The notes under the pieces were generated by a model that was not told where the DNA came from, did no database searches, and saw only the letters and a program-made list of their open reading frames with translations. A stretch of 46,941 nt of DNA from Chloroflexota bacterium. Its GTDB lineage: Bacteria > Chloroflexota > Anaerolineae > Anaerolineales > UBA11858. This document shows positions 26,469 through 35,818 of the stretch, in pieces. Position 1 is the first letter of the stretch; every line of letters starts with the position of its first letter. The stretch lies in contig JAUWEC010000003.1 in assembly GCA_030608465.1 (NCBI GenBank), positions 1-46,941 of the forward strand. The letters are read 5' to 3'. A program made the position numbers and the translations under genes.

Positions 26469-27668
26469 TTAAACAGTCAGCTGACCATTTCGAATTTCCC
26501 ATCTGGTTGCGGTTTTCCGAAACTCATCAGAGAATAAATTCAGATCGGTCGTTGTTAACAGCAATTGTTCGGTTTTTGTCAGGCGTTCCAATAAATCCTG
26601 CCGGCGGTAATCATCCAATTCAGCCAGTACTTCATCAAGCAGTAATACCGGCCATTGGCCGTTTTTCTCTTTTAACCAGGCAACTTCTGCTAATTTGATT
26701 GCCAGTAAAGCAGTCCGCAGCTGCCCCCGGGAACCAAAATTACCAAGATCAATACCGTTGCTGATAAAACGCAAATCATCCCGATGTGGCCCAAGAGTGG
26801 TCACACCGCGGCTGATTTCCTCTTTCCGCTGTGCAAGAAGTCTTTCCCGGAAACCTCCCTGAATCTCCTTTAATTCCAGGCCGGATCTGTCTATCGGGTT
26901 ATCTAGCGGTAATTCAATTTGCCCGGGAGGAGATGGCATCGGTTCATAGGAGGGCAGATAGTTCAAGCGCATGATTTCTTCCCCCCTGGTGAGCTCTTGA
27001 TGGATTGAGGCAGATAAATGCCCGAGATCCCTGATCGCCTGGATCCGGGCGTGCACAATATAGGACCCTGCCTGGATGATTCTTTCATCCCAATAGGACA
27101 ATTGATCCGGGTCACCGGAGCGCTCATTAAGTTGTTTTAATAAGGCGTTCCGTTGGGTAAGGGCTTTATTATATTCTGACAGGGATTCGTTATAACGGGG
27201 ATCCACCTGGGATATGGTCATGTTGAGATAATGCCGGCGGCGCTGGGGAGAGCCTGTAGCTATCTGAAGCATGTGAGGGAGGAACAGAACCGCATTAAAA
27301 TGACCGATAACAGAATTGATTTTAGTCTGGCTTCCATCCAGCAGAACTTCTTTTCGAATGCTGGCGTTTCCATTGGACAGCGTATCCCGGATTATCCGGA
27401 TTTCCAGGTGGTGATTTTTTTCCCCTTTCCGGTAATCCGCCACGATCCTGCAAACCGCCAGGTCATTTTGAAGAGCAGAAAAATTGATCAATTCGGCTGT
27501 ATTGGATGCTTGAAATGAATCTAAAGTTGACAGGTAATTGACTGCCTCTAGAAGACTGGTTTTCCCTTGAGCGTTATCCCCGACTAATATAAGTGCGTTT
27601 TGGGGAATGTCCTGGTCAAACCGGGAGAATATTCGAAAATCTGTCAGAGATAGATGAGTGAGATACAT
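26469..27668 (-). CDS. recF: DNA replication/repair protein RecF
   Basis: GDNAQGKTSLLEA Walker A, GPHRDD, GSRGQ, LLLDEV.AELD. Confidence 0.95.
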   Translation of the reverse strand: MYLTHLSLTDFRIFSRFDQDIPQNALILVGDNAQGKTSLLEAVNYLSTLDSFQASNTAELINFSALQNDLAVCRIVADYRKGEKNHHLEIRIIRDTLSNGNASIRKEVLLDGSQTKINSVIGHFNAVLFLPHMLQIATGSPQRRRHYLNMTISQVDPRYNESLSEYNKALTQRNALLKQLNERSGDPDQLSYWDERIIQAGSYIVHARIQAIRDLGHLSASIHQELTRGEEIMRLNYLPSYEPMPSPPGQIELPLDNPIDRSGLELKEIQGGFRERLLAQRKEEISRGVTTLGPHRDDLRFISNGIDLGNFGSRGQLRTALLAIKLAEVAWLKEKNGQWPVLLLDEVLAELDDYRRQDLLERLTKTEQLLLTTTDLNLFSDEFRKTATRWEIRNGQLTV

Positions 27669-27673
27669 AAAGG

Positions 27674-28174
27674 CTAAACAGGATAGTGTTCTTCATCGGT
27701 TTCCCAGACACTCGTCGCCCGATCGGTAAAGAGGATACCATTAATATGATCGATTTCGTGCTGGAAAATCCGTGCGACCCACCCCTGCAATCGCATCTTT
27801 AATGGTTCGCCGAAGCGATCTTGACCTTCTAAAACAATTTCATCTGCGCGTTCGATTTCTCCCATTAGTCCTGGAATTGACAGGCAGCCTTCTGCCCCGG
27901 TTACAATCTCCTGGGAAAAACGGGTCACCCGGGGATTGATCACGACATACAATGTCGGTGGAATTTCCTCATTCTCTTCAGTTCCGTATTCCACCAGGAT
28001 CACCTGCTGCGGGACGTTAACCTGAGGGGCTGCCAATCCGGCTCCGGAGTTCTCATGCAGTGTTTCAATCATGTCCTCGATTAATTGTTGAAGGTCGGGA
28101 CCAAAAACAGATACTTTTTCGGATTTTTTTCTTAACGTTTGGTGGGGGACAATAATAATTTCTCGCGCTGCCAT
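27674..28174 (-). CDS. def: Peptide deformylase
   Basis: GAGLAAPQ, EGCLS, QHEIDH. Confidence 0.96.
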   Translation of the reverse strand: MAAREIIIVPHQTLRKKSEKVSVFGPDLQQLIEDMIETLHENSGAGLAAPQVNVPQQVILVEYGTEENEEIPPTLYVVINPRVTRFSQEIVTGAEGCLSIPGLMGEIERADEIVLEGQDRFGEPLKMRLQGWVARIFQHEIDHINGILFTDRATSVWETDEEHYPV

Positions 28175-28211
28175 AGAGGGACTGCTCCAGTGATCTACCG
28201 TTAATACTCAA

Positions 28212-29840
28212 TCAGGAATCTGAATTTTCAGGATCTGGCGTTTTGCCAGTGCTTTCTTCGTGATAAGCCGCTAAAAATTCTACCATATCATCCCGCCGAC
28301 GGTGAGCATCTTCCAACTCTTTTTGTTTTACTACTGTATTATATCGTTCAAATATTTCATTTTGGACTGATATGGGATGAGCGACATATTCAAAATCTAA
28401 TTGAATATCTCCGATATTGATCGCGACTGTGCCGTAATCAAACAGCCTTTGGATTATATTCTCCCTTTTATAATCCAGGCTGAGAATATTTTCCAGCAGC
28501 GCAGAGCGCTTGGTTTCTCTCCCAAATGGTTTTCGATCCAGGTCAATGATATGTTTATCCGTAATTTGAAAACGGTCATTTGCCCAATCAGCAAACACAT
28601 AGCCCAGGGCGGCTAAATTCACAGCAAGCATTATTAAGATCACCGGTAGAGATGGATAAGGCAAAAGCTCGACTAAACGGGCGAAAAAAGAGACCCCAAG
28701 GCCGATAAAGGCCAACAAAAGCCACCAGGAATTCCGGATCAGGACAAATATATGTTTCCGATAATTGATTACCCCATTGATCTCATACCTGGCGCGAAAG
28801 AGATTAAAGAATTCCTGGAGAGGTGTGATCGTCTCAGTTAGTTGGGGGCCTCCCTCCATTTCCAAATCAGTAAACTCAGGTTCAGTTTCGAGGGAGGTTG
28901 AACTCCCTGACAGGCCCAGTCGTGTGCGGATGGTTTGGTTGATATTTGCGGTTTCTGTTCTTTGAGCTCTCGTTTTTGCAATCTCCTGCGCTTCGGAAAT
29001 AAGGTCCAGCAGCATTTCAGGATGGGCTGTGTTCCGCATTGGGATATTTCCCGTATATGTACGGACAATGACATCCCCATACCCAAATAGTCGCTGAATC
29101 TGGTTTGTTGAGATATTAACCGATAGAATTGACTGCAGGGGAACCTCTCTCCTCTGATCGTGAAGCCAGATCACTTTTTCCACCCAGGCTGCCCGTTCAC
29201 TGGTGACAAGGTAAAAATCATTCCGCCAGTCAAGCCACAACCATATGCTCCATAAACAGAAGATCAGAAAGGTAATTGGCAGAAATAGCCCTAAATTCAA
29301 ATTAAGAAGAACCGCACCGATCCCGGTTAAGATCAAAAAAATCAGCGGCAGCATCAGTTGAGAATACAAAACGTTGATGTGTTTGCGGTCAACAAAACGG
29401 ATCGTTTCGTCAGTGCCGATCCAGGGGAACACATGGGTTTGAAGAATGGCAGCACTATTTTTCATGCCGGAAATTCTGGATTTTATGGATGGGTACGCAG
29501 AGAGGATAGCCATATACCCGCGTTTATTTACTGCCAGGATGGTTGTTTTTTCTAGCGCTTGAGCTGTTTCACTTCGCAGTCCCTCTTTAATTAACTCCCG
29601 TTCTCCAAAATGACCTTTGGCGTCGATCACAGATGAGTTCTGATTTTCATCCTGGAGAATGATTTTTCCGGATACAATGAGGAAAAAATTTCTCCCCGGG
29701 AATCCTGTCCGGTAGAGCACTTCTCCCTTTTCCAATACGATAGGTTTAAATAGCGGCAAGATCTGCCCTAATTCCTCATCGGTCAGGTAATTAAAGAGAA
29801 AATGTTCGTGGAGAAAGGAGTAAATCGTTTTGGAATCCAT
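28212..29840 (-). CDS. Membrane protein: cNMP-binding domain + two TM-pair/bacterial PH (bPH_2-like) modules
   Basis: Likely start ATG 29840; FGE..L....RSETA cNMP motif; two repeats of RKH-TM-TM-DW.ND....T...I...FGYG.V. Confidence 0.75.
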   Translation of the reverse strand: MDSKTIYSFLHEHFLFNYLTDEELGQILPLFKPIVLEKGEVLYRTGFPGRNFFLIVSGKIILQDENQNSSVIDAKGHFGERELIKEGLRSETAQALEKTTILAVNKRGYMAILSAYPSIKSRISGMKNSAAILQTHVFPWIGTDETIRFVDRKHINVLYSQLMLPLIFLILTGIGAVLLNLNLGLFLPITFLIFCLWSIWLWLDWRNDFYLVTSERAAWVEKVIWLHDQRREVPLQSILSVNISTNQIQRLFGYGDVIVRTYTGNIPMRNTAHPEMLLDLISEAQEIAKTRAQRTETANINQTIRTRLGLSGSSTSLETEPEFTDLEMEGGPQLTETITPLQEFFNLFRARYEINGVINYRKHIFVLIRNSWWLLLAFIGLGVSFFARLVELLPYPSLPVILIMLAVNLAALGYVFADWANDRFQITDKHIIDLDRKPFGRETKRSALLENILSLDYKRENIIQRLFDYGTVAINIGDIQLDFEYVAHPISVQNEIFERYNTVVKQKELEDAHRRRDDMVEFLAAYHEESTGKTPDPENSDS

Positions 29841-30031
29841 AGGCTCTCTAAAAATAGATTTTAACACAACTCAAGTTTTCAATGAACGCGATTGACCCTC
29901 CTGCCCAACCTGTGAAGTTCAGGGAACAGAATAAGTTCCTGCTCGATAGTGAGAGATGAACCTGTCGATCAGGATTATCAGTGATAGAATATTGTACATT
30001 CAAAAATTGTACAGATTTAGGAGCAAGAAGT

Positions 30032-31492
30032 ATGCCTATTAATTTTGGTACTGATGGCTGGCGAGCAGTCATATCTGACACTTTCACATTCCATAATCTG
30101 CGTCTGGTAACTCAGGCGATCGCAGATGCCATTCATTCCGGTCACTGGCACCGAAAATCTGCTGGAGACATTAATCCAGACGCTGACCGGATTGTGGTGG
30201 GTTTTGACACCAGGTTTTTGTCCGATCGATATGCCCGGGATGTTGCCCGGGTGATGGCTGCCAATGGGTACACAGTGTATATTGCACAAGCAGACGCATC
30301 CACGCCATCCATATCCTATGCAGTAAAAAACTTGAATGCGATTGCCGGCATTGTCATTACTGCATCGCATAACGCCCCCCGCTATAACGGGGTTAAGTTA
30401 AAGGCTGCCAATGGATGTTCGGCTTCGTCAGAACAATCCCGACGGGTGGAAATCTATTTGAATGACAACCAGGAACGAGGACGGGGCCCGAATTCAATGG
30501 AATGGGACCAGGCAGTGGAAGACGGGTTGATTGTGAATTTTAATCCCGTTCCGGACTATTATCAACACCTGAGAACTTTGATCAATTTTGATGCGATTGC
30601 AGCAAATCCTCCCCAGGTAGTTGTGGATTCCATGCACGGGTCCGGGCGGGGTATGATTAAGGGGATTTTAACCGGGACTGGCTGCGAGGTTAAGGAAATC
30701 CGTGGAGAAATGAACCCGGGATTTGGAGGAGCGCATCCGGAACCGATTGGCTCCCATCTGGGCGCTCTGGCGGGGGCGATTAGCACAGGCATGGGTAATT
30801 TTGGTTTGGCACTGGATGGCGATGGAGATCGGATTGGTGCTATGGATGAAAGGTGTAATTTTGTTGATCCCCATAAAATCATGGCGCTGGCTTTCCGGTA
30901 TCTCGTTGAGGAAAGGGGTTGGAAAGGGCCTGTCGTTAGAACAGTATCCACCACAAGAATGATTGACCGACTGGCCGCAAAGTACGGTTTGCCTGTTTAT
31001 GAAACACCCGTAGGATTTAATCACATCGCCGATTATATGATCTCAGAGGACATCCTCATCGGAGGAGAAGAATCTGGAGGGATTTCTTTCCGGGGAAACA
31101 TTCCAGAAGGGGATGGGGTTCTGATGGGTCTGCTCTTGATTGAAATGGTTGCGGTGTACCAGAAATCGCTTAATACTCTGGTTAACGAACTGCTGGACGA
31201 AGTCGGTCCGGCGTATTATGAACGGAAAGATCAGCGGCTAAAATATCCTATCCAGAAACAAAAAATGGTGCAGTATTTGCAAGACAATCAACCGGATGTA
31301 ATCGGAGGGATCAAAGTTACTGATTTATTGACGGTAGATGGCGTGAAATATATTATGGAAGATGATTCCTGGCTGTTGATTCGGCCATCGGGAACTGAAC
31401 CGGTTCTGCGGGTATATGCTGAGTGTAGAAGCAAGGAGATGGTTCAAACTCTGTTAGCATACGGGGAAACTGTCGCAGAAAACATCACCTGA
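30032..31492 (+). CDS. Phosphoglucomutase/phosphomannomutase
   Basis: ATG 30032; FGTDGWR, TASHN, DGDGDR, GGEESGG, RPSGTEP. Confidence 0.93.
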   Translation: MPINFGTDGWRAVISDTFTFHNLRLVTQAIADAIHSGHWHRKSAGDINPDADRIVVGFDTRFLSDRYARDVARVMAANGYTVYIAQADASTPSISYAVKNLNAIAGIVITASHNAPRYNGVKLKAANGCSASSEQSRRVEIYLNDNQERGRGPNSMEWDQAVEDGLIVNFNPVPDYYQHLRTLINFDAIAANPPQVVVDSMHGSGRGMIKGILTGTGCEVKEIRGEMNPGFGGAHPEPIGSHLGALAGAISTGMGNFGLALDGDGDRIGAMDERCNFVDPHKIMALAFRYLVEERGWKGPVVRTVSTTRMIDRLAAKYGLPVYETPVGFNHIADYMISEDILIGGEESGGISFRGNIPEGDGVLMGLLLIEMVAVYQKSLNTLVNELLDEVGPAYYERKDQRLKYPIQKQKMVQYLQDNQPDVIGGIKVTDLLTVDGVKYIMEDDSWLLIRPSGTEPVLRVYAECRSKEMVQTLLAYGETVAENIT

Positions 31493-31514
31493 ACGAAAAC
31501 CGGCAATTAACCAA

Positions 31515-31556
31515 ACAACCACAGCAGTTAACGAGATTGCTGTGGTTGTCTTTTTT
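31515..31556 (+). terminator. Intrinsic terminator
   Basis: ACAACCACAGCA / TGCTGTGGTTGT followed by CTTTTTT. Confidence 0.8.
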
Positions 31557-31591
31557 ATCAACGAAAACTGACAGGGTACTTCCTCAGGTTT

Positions 31592-32191
31592 CTACGTTGA
31601 GGATGCGCGTAAACGGCGGCTGAGGATGATTACCACCATTAACACACCCGCAGCTAAGAGAAGTCCCGGGACACCAAAATCATCTGCAAAACCCGTGTCA
31701 GGCAGTGCAGTAGTGGTCGGGATTGGCGTTTCCCCTCCTCCATCTCCCGCTTGCTGAGTCAACAGGGCTGCAACAGTAGCAGTTGCAGGATCCAGCGTCT
31801 CATCACCAGCTGCTTCAGGTGTATTGGTGGGTGCCAATACCGGAGTAGAAGTGTTGGTGGGGACCGGTGTTAAAGTTTCGGTTGGCGGAAGAGTAGCCGT
31901 TAAGGTTGGTGTCAGTGTGATTTGTTTTGCGATTGCAGTAAGCTGGGCTTCTTCCGCGACAGCTGTATTAGTGGCGTTGATTGCTGCTACCTGAGTCTGC
32001 TGTCCGGTATCACGACTGGGTAAGTAAACGACAGCGTAAGCGGCAATAGCGAGTAATGCAATCAGGAGGATTCCGCCCAGGATTCCGGCAACCACCAGGA
32101 AGGTCCGGTTGGACCCCCTGCTTGTTGAGATAGTTTCTTCGGAATCTATTTCCTCGAATTCCAGATCATCAAAATCATTCATCATGCCCAT
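31592..32191 (-). CDS. Thr/Pro-rich surface protein with N-terminal TM and C-terminal LPDTG sorting signal
   Basis: Acidic N-tail, TM, T/P stalk, LPDTG + hydrophobic helix + RRLR. Confidence 0.75.
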   Translation of the reverse strand: MGMMNDFDDLEFEEIDSEETISTSRGSNRTFLVVAGILGGILLIALLAIAAYAVVYLPSRDTGQQTQVAAINATNTAVAEEAQLTAIAKQITLTPTLTATLPPTETLTPVPTNTSTPVLAPTNTPEAAGDETLDPATATVAALLTQQAGDGGGETPIPTTTALPDTGFADDFGVPGLLLAAGVLMVVIILSRRLRASST

Positions 32192-32245
32192 AGTTCTCTC
32201 TCCTCAATTTGCCCTGTCAATTATGCAGCAAAATTGTATTTGTTC

Positions 32246-33304
32246 TTATTCCTTAAGAATCTCGACGTTTGATAGCGGAATTGCAGCTCGTTTTTCATGG
32301 CCATAGGATACTTCAGCCGTACGGGTTTCAATACCATTTGATAATAGCTGTTTTCTGGGATAAATATAGTCTATTGTCCCGATTTGAGGTGCTTGGGGAC
32401 CATTAACTATGATAACTCTTTTTCCTGAAGAAAGGGTTTCAGTCTCAATCGGTAAATCAGGTTCTGGTTGGTTAGGTTGGGAAATTATTATTTCGGGATA
32501 TTTTCCCAAAAACGGATCATACACCTGGGCGTTTAAAGCAATATTCCTGTCTCTATTGGCTACCAGTATTTTCTCTGCAGCGCTGTTCATTGGAGTTGAT
32601 CCAAATCCATCGATAACCAAGATTGGATAACTTATTGATTGAGCGGCCGGAATCAAATCTGACGAGATGCTTCCCAGGATTAACCCTTTAATAGGAATAT
32701 TGGCAGCGATTTCCAGCACTTCCGGATTGCTGCAGTATCCAGCTGCCAGAATTGCGCCCCGGAATCCGATATTTATTTGTTCCGCCGACAATTCCTGATT
32801 AAGATTATTGCTGACAGGTTGAATAACACCATAGGTGATATTTCCATTGCCCCACAAACCCTGAATTAATGCGCCCCGGGTTTCGATGATTGCTCCCCGC
32901 TCAGGAATAATATTGGTCACCGTTCCTTCCATGCCAGCCTGAAGTTCAAACGGTTGTGAGGTAATTTCGTAAAGCACTTTTCCTTCTCCGGCAATTTTCA
33001 CTAGCCCCGAAAATGGAGCCCGGATAACTCTCTGGAATAAGCCAATTGGACCAGCGATTACATCTCCTGTTGAAAGCTCATCCCCGGCTCGCCGCTGAAG
33101 CAGTTCATCTGCCCGGGCAGGAGTTACATTTAAACCCTGGGCAATATCAAGCAGTAAATATTTGGCCATGAGCGGCGCTACCACAATCACATCTGTGGGA
33201 GTGACTTTCTGCATACGGCGAACGATTACATGTCCGTCCGAAGACAGGACGCGCTCCCGCCTGATATTCGTAAGTGCGTGGATGTGCTTTACCTTACTTA
33301 ACAT
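32246..33304 (-). CDS. Uncharacterised soluble protein with barrel-sandwich-hybrid-like repeats and a C-terminal KOW-like motif
   Basis: GDELSTGDVIA...IRAPFSGLV, LQAGMEGTV, IQGLWGNG, GKRVIIVNGP...GTI. Confidence 0.6.
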   Translation of the reverse strand: MLSKVKHIHALTNIRRERVLSSDGHVIVRRMQKVTPTDVIVVAPLMAKYLLLDIAQGLNVTPARADELLQRRAGDELSTGDVIAGPIGLFQRVIRAPFSGLVKIAGEGKVLYEITSQPFELQAGMEGTVTNIIPERGAIIETRGALIQGLWGNGNITYGVIQPVSNNLNQELSAEQINIGFRGAILAAGYCSNPEVLEIAANIPIKGLILGSISSDLIPAAQSISYPILVIDGFGSTPMNSAAEKILVANRDRNIALNAQVYDPFLGKYPEIIISQPNQPEPDLPIETETLSSGKRVIIVNGPQAPQIGTIDYIYPRKQLLSNGIETRTAEVSYGHEKRAAIPLSNVEILKE

Positions 33305-33344
33305 AATGTACCATTATAGTTCAGGTGCCTCTGCTTTGGTTTCA

Positions 33345-35102
33345 TTATTCATATTTCAGCAGAGTTTTAATCCAGGTCTCATTCCTTTTCCAATTCTTTT
33401 CCTGATCCTGTAAAAAGTGTAGCGGACGACCCCTGGCATCAATGATGATGCCTAATGATCCACCTACTGCGTTCACCTTTCCGCTCTTGCCAGGTCCTCC
33501 CATACCGACATCGAAGCGGTGCAGGGGACGGAGGTGAAGGGAGACTTTTTCTCCTAATTCGATTGGAAGAACAGTCAATGACCCGAATTTAATTTCACGG
33601 GTAAAAGTTCTCCCATCTTCCCGGTTTACTCGGATTCTTAGAATTGGGGTTCCGGGTCTGGCATATCCCATTGGTGCAATAATTGTGCCTAAATTTAGAA
33701 ATGTATTTGATTCAATAACCTGAACTGTTAACAGGGGATTGATATCACTTGCCGCACCCAATCCGGGCAATAAGTCGTTTTGATCCAGCGCGAGAGTTGT
33801 TACGCCGGTCGGTTGAATACCATCCAGTAGAATTGACAGGCTTTGTGATCGGGTGGGAGCCTGAGTTAGAATTCTGCCTAATCCAATGATGGGTTCAATT
33901 GGAGGCATAAGCGAGCTGGACGCTGCAGATCGCTTATGAAGGCTGGGAATGGTTTTTTTAGAAGCGATTCTTAAAGCCTGTTTGGCGAGGGCAATCTCAA
34001 TTTCCAGGTGTTCAGATTCTGTCGGCAGACTGGCAGGATACGCAGACTTGGTATAGATATAGTCCCGGACGTCCTGCTCGGCTAGTTTAAGCGGCAGCCA
34101 GCGGGTAATTTCCTCAAGGGAGCTCTCCTCCAAGACTCCGGTACAACCGGCTCCAACACCAAGTCCTGGAAAGACTCGGAGTGTTTCCTCGCCCGAAGAC
34201 GCCGCGGCCAGAATTGTGGCGTACGATCCAATGTCAATACCCATGACCCCTTTTTCTGGTTCATATTTTTCGCTCAAAAAACGGATCACCCGTCCGAGTG
34301 CTGATGCGGTGGAGGTAAAGTTGTCATCCGTCCATGATAAGACTTCCCTGATTCCGCCGGTTTGCTTTATCCGGACATCTTTATAGATTTCATTGAGCTC
34401 ATTTTGGGCGGGGTAAATGTTCTCCTTTCCTAGAACCGGCTGAATATTAGGGGCGATGCGCAATTTGCTGATTTTTTCCAATCCTGACTTCACTTCTTCT
34501 TGAAGTTCTTCATTGCCGGCATATAAGATGTGAGGTCTTTGGCTTTCATCTATAAGATAACTTGATAAGCCGATGCTTTCCAAAATATTAAGGAGAGATT
34601 TTGAAGCGCCTTTATTTGTGCCCCCGGTGATGATGATTAAGTCTGGGCGCTTTTCGGTCAGTAAATTGATCCTGTCTGATGATGTGCGCCGGTCATTGAG
34701 TGAAATTTCAGCCATGATTTTGGAATATGTTGTGTGAGCCAGGTATTGGGCATTAAGCAAAGATACATTATCCAGCAGCCCAACTGTCACCACAGATATT
34801 GGATTTCCGGCGGACATGGTCGCCGCCATGATGTCAACGCCTTGATTATCCTTGGTACTGGGAATGATCAATCCCTCTTTCTCGCTGAAGAATGTCCTAC
34901 TGGTGATATGCTGAAGTTCTTCAATTGCTCTCCAGGCGCCCTCGGTTACATCAAAGAGGGGTGCGCCGGCAGTTGTGGGAGCGGATGCAGAAGCTACAAA
35001 CCGGTACTTGCCGCTCACCACATCAAAGAATAAAGCCCTGGTGATCGTGTTGCCGATATCTAATGTTATGAGAGATTTTGCCGATACAGTGGTTATATCC
35101 AT
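33345..35102 (-). CDS. GlmL/MutL-like (glutamate mutase reactivase family) ASKHA/actin-fold ATPase
   Basis: LDIGNTITRA (phosphate-1), TMSAG, PDLIIITGGTNKG, GIDIGSYAT (phosphate-2), GIIIDARGRP. Confidence 0.75.
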   Translation of the reverse strand: MDITTVSAKSLITLDIGNTITRALFFDVVSGKYRFVASASAPTTAGAPLFDVTEGAWRAIEELQHITSRTFFSEKEGLIIPSTKDNQGVDIMAATMSAGNPISVVTVGLLDNVSLLNAQYLAHTTYSKIMAEISLNDRRTSSDRINLLTEKRPDLIIITGGTNKGASKSLLNILESIGLSSYLIDESQRPHILYAGNEELQEEVKSGLEKISKLRIAPNIQPVLGKENIYPAQNELNEIYKDVRIKQTGGIREVLSWTDDNFTSTASALGRVIRFLSEKYEPEKGVMGIDIGSYATILAAASSGEETLRVFPGLGVGAGCTGVLEESSLEEITRWLPLKLAEQDVRDYIYTKSAYPASLPTESEHLEIEIALAKQALRIASKKTIPSLHKRSAASSSLMPPIEPIIGLGRILTQAPTRSQSLSILLDGIQPTGVTTLALDQNDLLPGLGAASDINPLLTVQVIESNTFLNLGTIIAPMGYARPGTPILRIRVNREDGRTFTREIKFGSLTVLPIELGEKVSLHLRPLHRFDVGMGGPGKSGKVNAVGGSLGIIIDARGRPLHFLQDQEKNWKRNETWIKTLLKYE

Positions 35103-35110
35103 ATTAATTA

Positions 35111-35818
35111 TTAAGTCGAAAACAGCGTAAACCCAATACTATTCAAAAATTCCCAGACAAATGTCAACCGTTCAACCAGCGCTGCTAGGGAAGATAAATA
35201 GACACCGGCGTAAAGTGCCCCAAAGGTTATTGCCAGAAAGACTTTACCGATTTTACTTATATTTTCAATAATAGGCAGTCGTTCATTCGACTGTCCCGGT
35301 GTTTCCCGAGTCCCAAAATGGAAATAAATTAAAGTAGTAATGGTACCCAAGACGATTATAAAGCCATTAATAGCCTGGTCCCATCGGCTGGTTGAGATTG
35401 CATAAGCAGATGGATCCACGCTGTTGATAGTTCCCAAGATCTGTGGGAATAACGTTCCAGTAATTGCCCCACCGACCGCGGTTGCTGCCCCAATCCCAAC
35501 CAGGATTGCTACAGACCAATTCCCCGCTTTGCGAAACGGTGTGGCTTTGGTTAATAAAAAGAGACCGGGGATAAACAACAGGAGGGATAACAAGCGTTCT
35601 CCCTGCGTTCCATTGATGAGGGGAATTATCAGGCGGGGGATCAACACATTATTGATGGTTATGAGGGCAACATATGCTGCTGAAACACCAATAAAAATGT
35701 GGATTGCAAGTCGGAAGAAAGGATTGTCTCCCAATAGGTAGCTGAAGATTAAGATGGTAAGCAAAAAACCCAGTCCAAGTCCTATGAAATCAAATAGGCT
35801 TATTATGGTGAGGTTCAC
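35111..35818 (-). CDS. Uncharacterised multi-pass membrane protein
   Basis: About 6 TM helices; TILIFSYLLGDNPFFR..HIFIG motif. Confidence 0.75.
   Translation of the reverse strand: MNLTIISLFDFIGLGLGFLLTILIFSYLLGDNPFFRLAIHIFIGVSAAYVALITINNVLIPRLIIPLINGTQGERLLSLLLFIPGLFLLTKATPFRKAGNWSVAILVGIGAATAVGGAITGTLFPQILGTINSVDPSAYAISTSRWDQAINGFIIVLGTITTLIYFHFGTRETPGQSNERLPIIENISKIGKVFLAITFGALYAGVYLSSLAALVERLTFVWEFLNSIGFTLFST

Noticed and set aside
25758-27668. Replication origin region implied by rsmG and recF
   Set aside because: No dnaA, dnaN, gyrB or DnaA-box cluster seen
33345-35102. DNA mismatch-repair MutL, or a link to the glmS at 619-2427 as a glutamate mutase subunit
   Set aside because: Name collisions only: this is an ASKHA-fold protein, not a GHKL ATPase, and the glmS here is the amidotransferase
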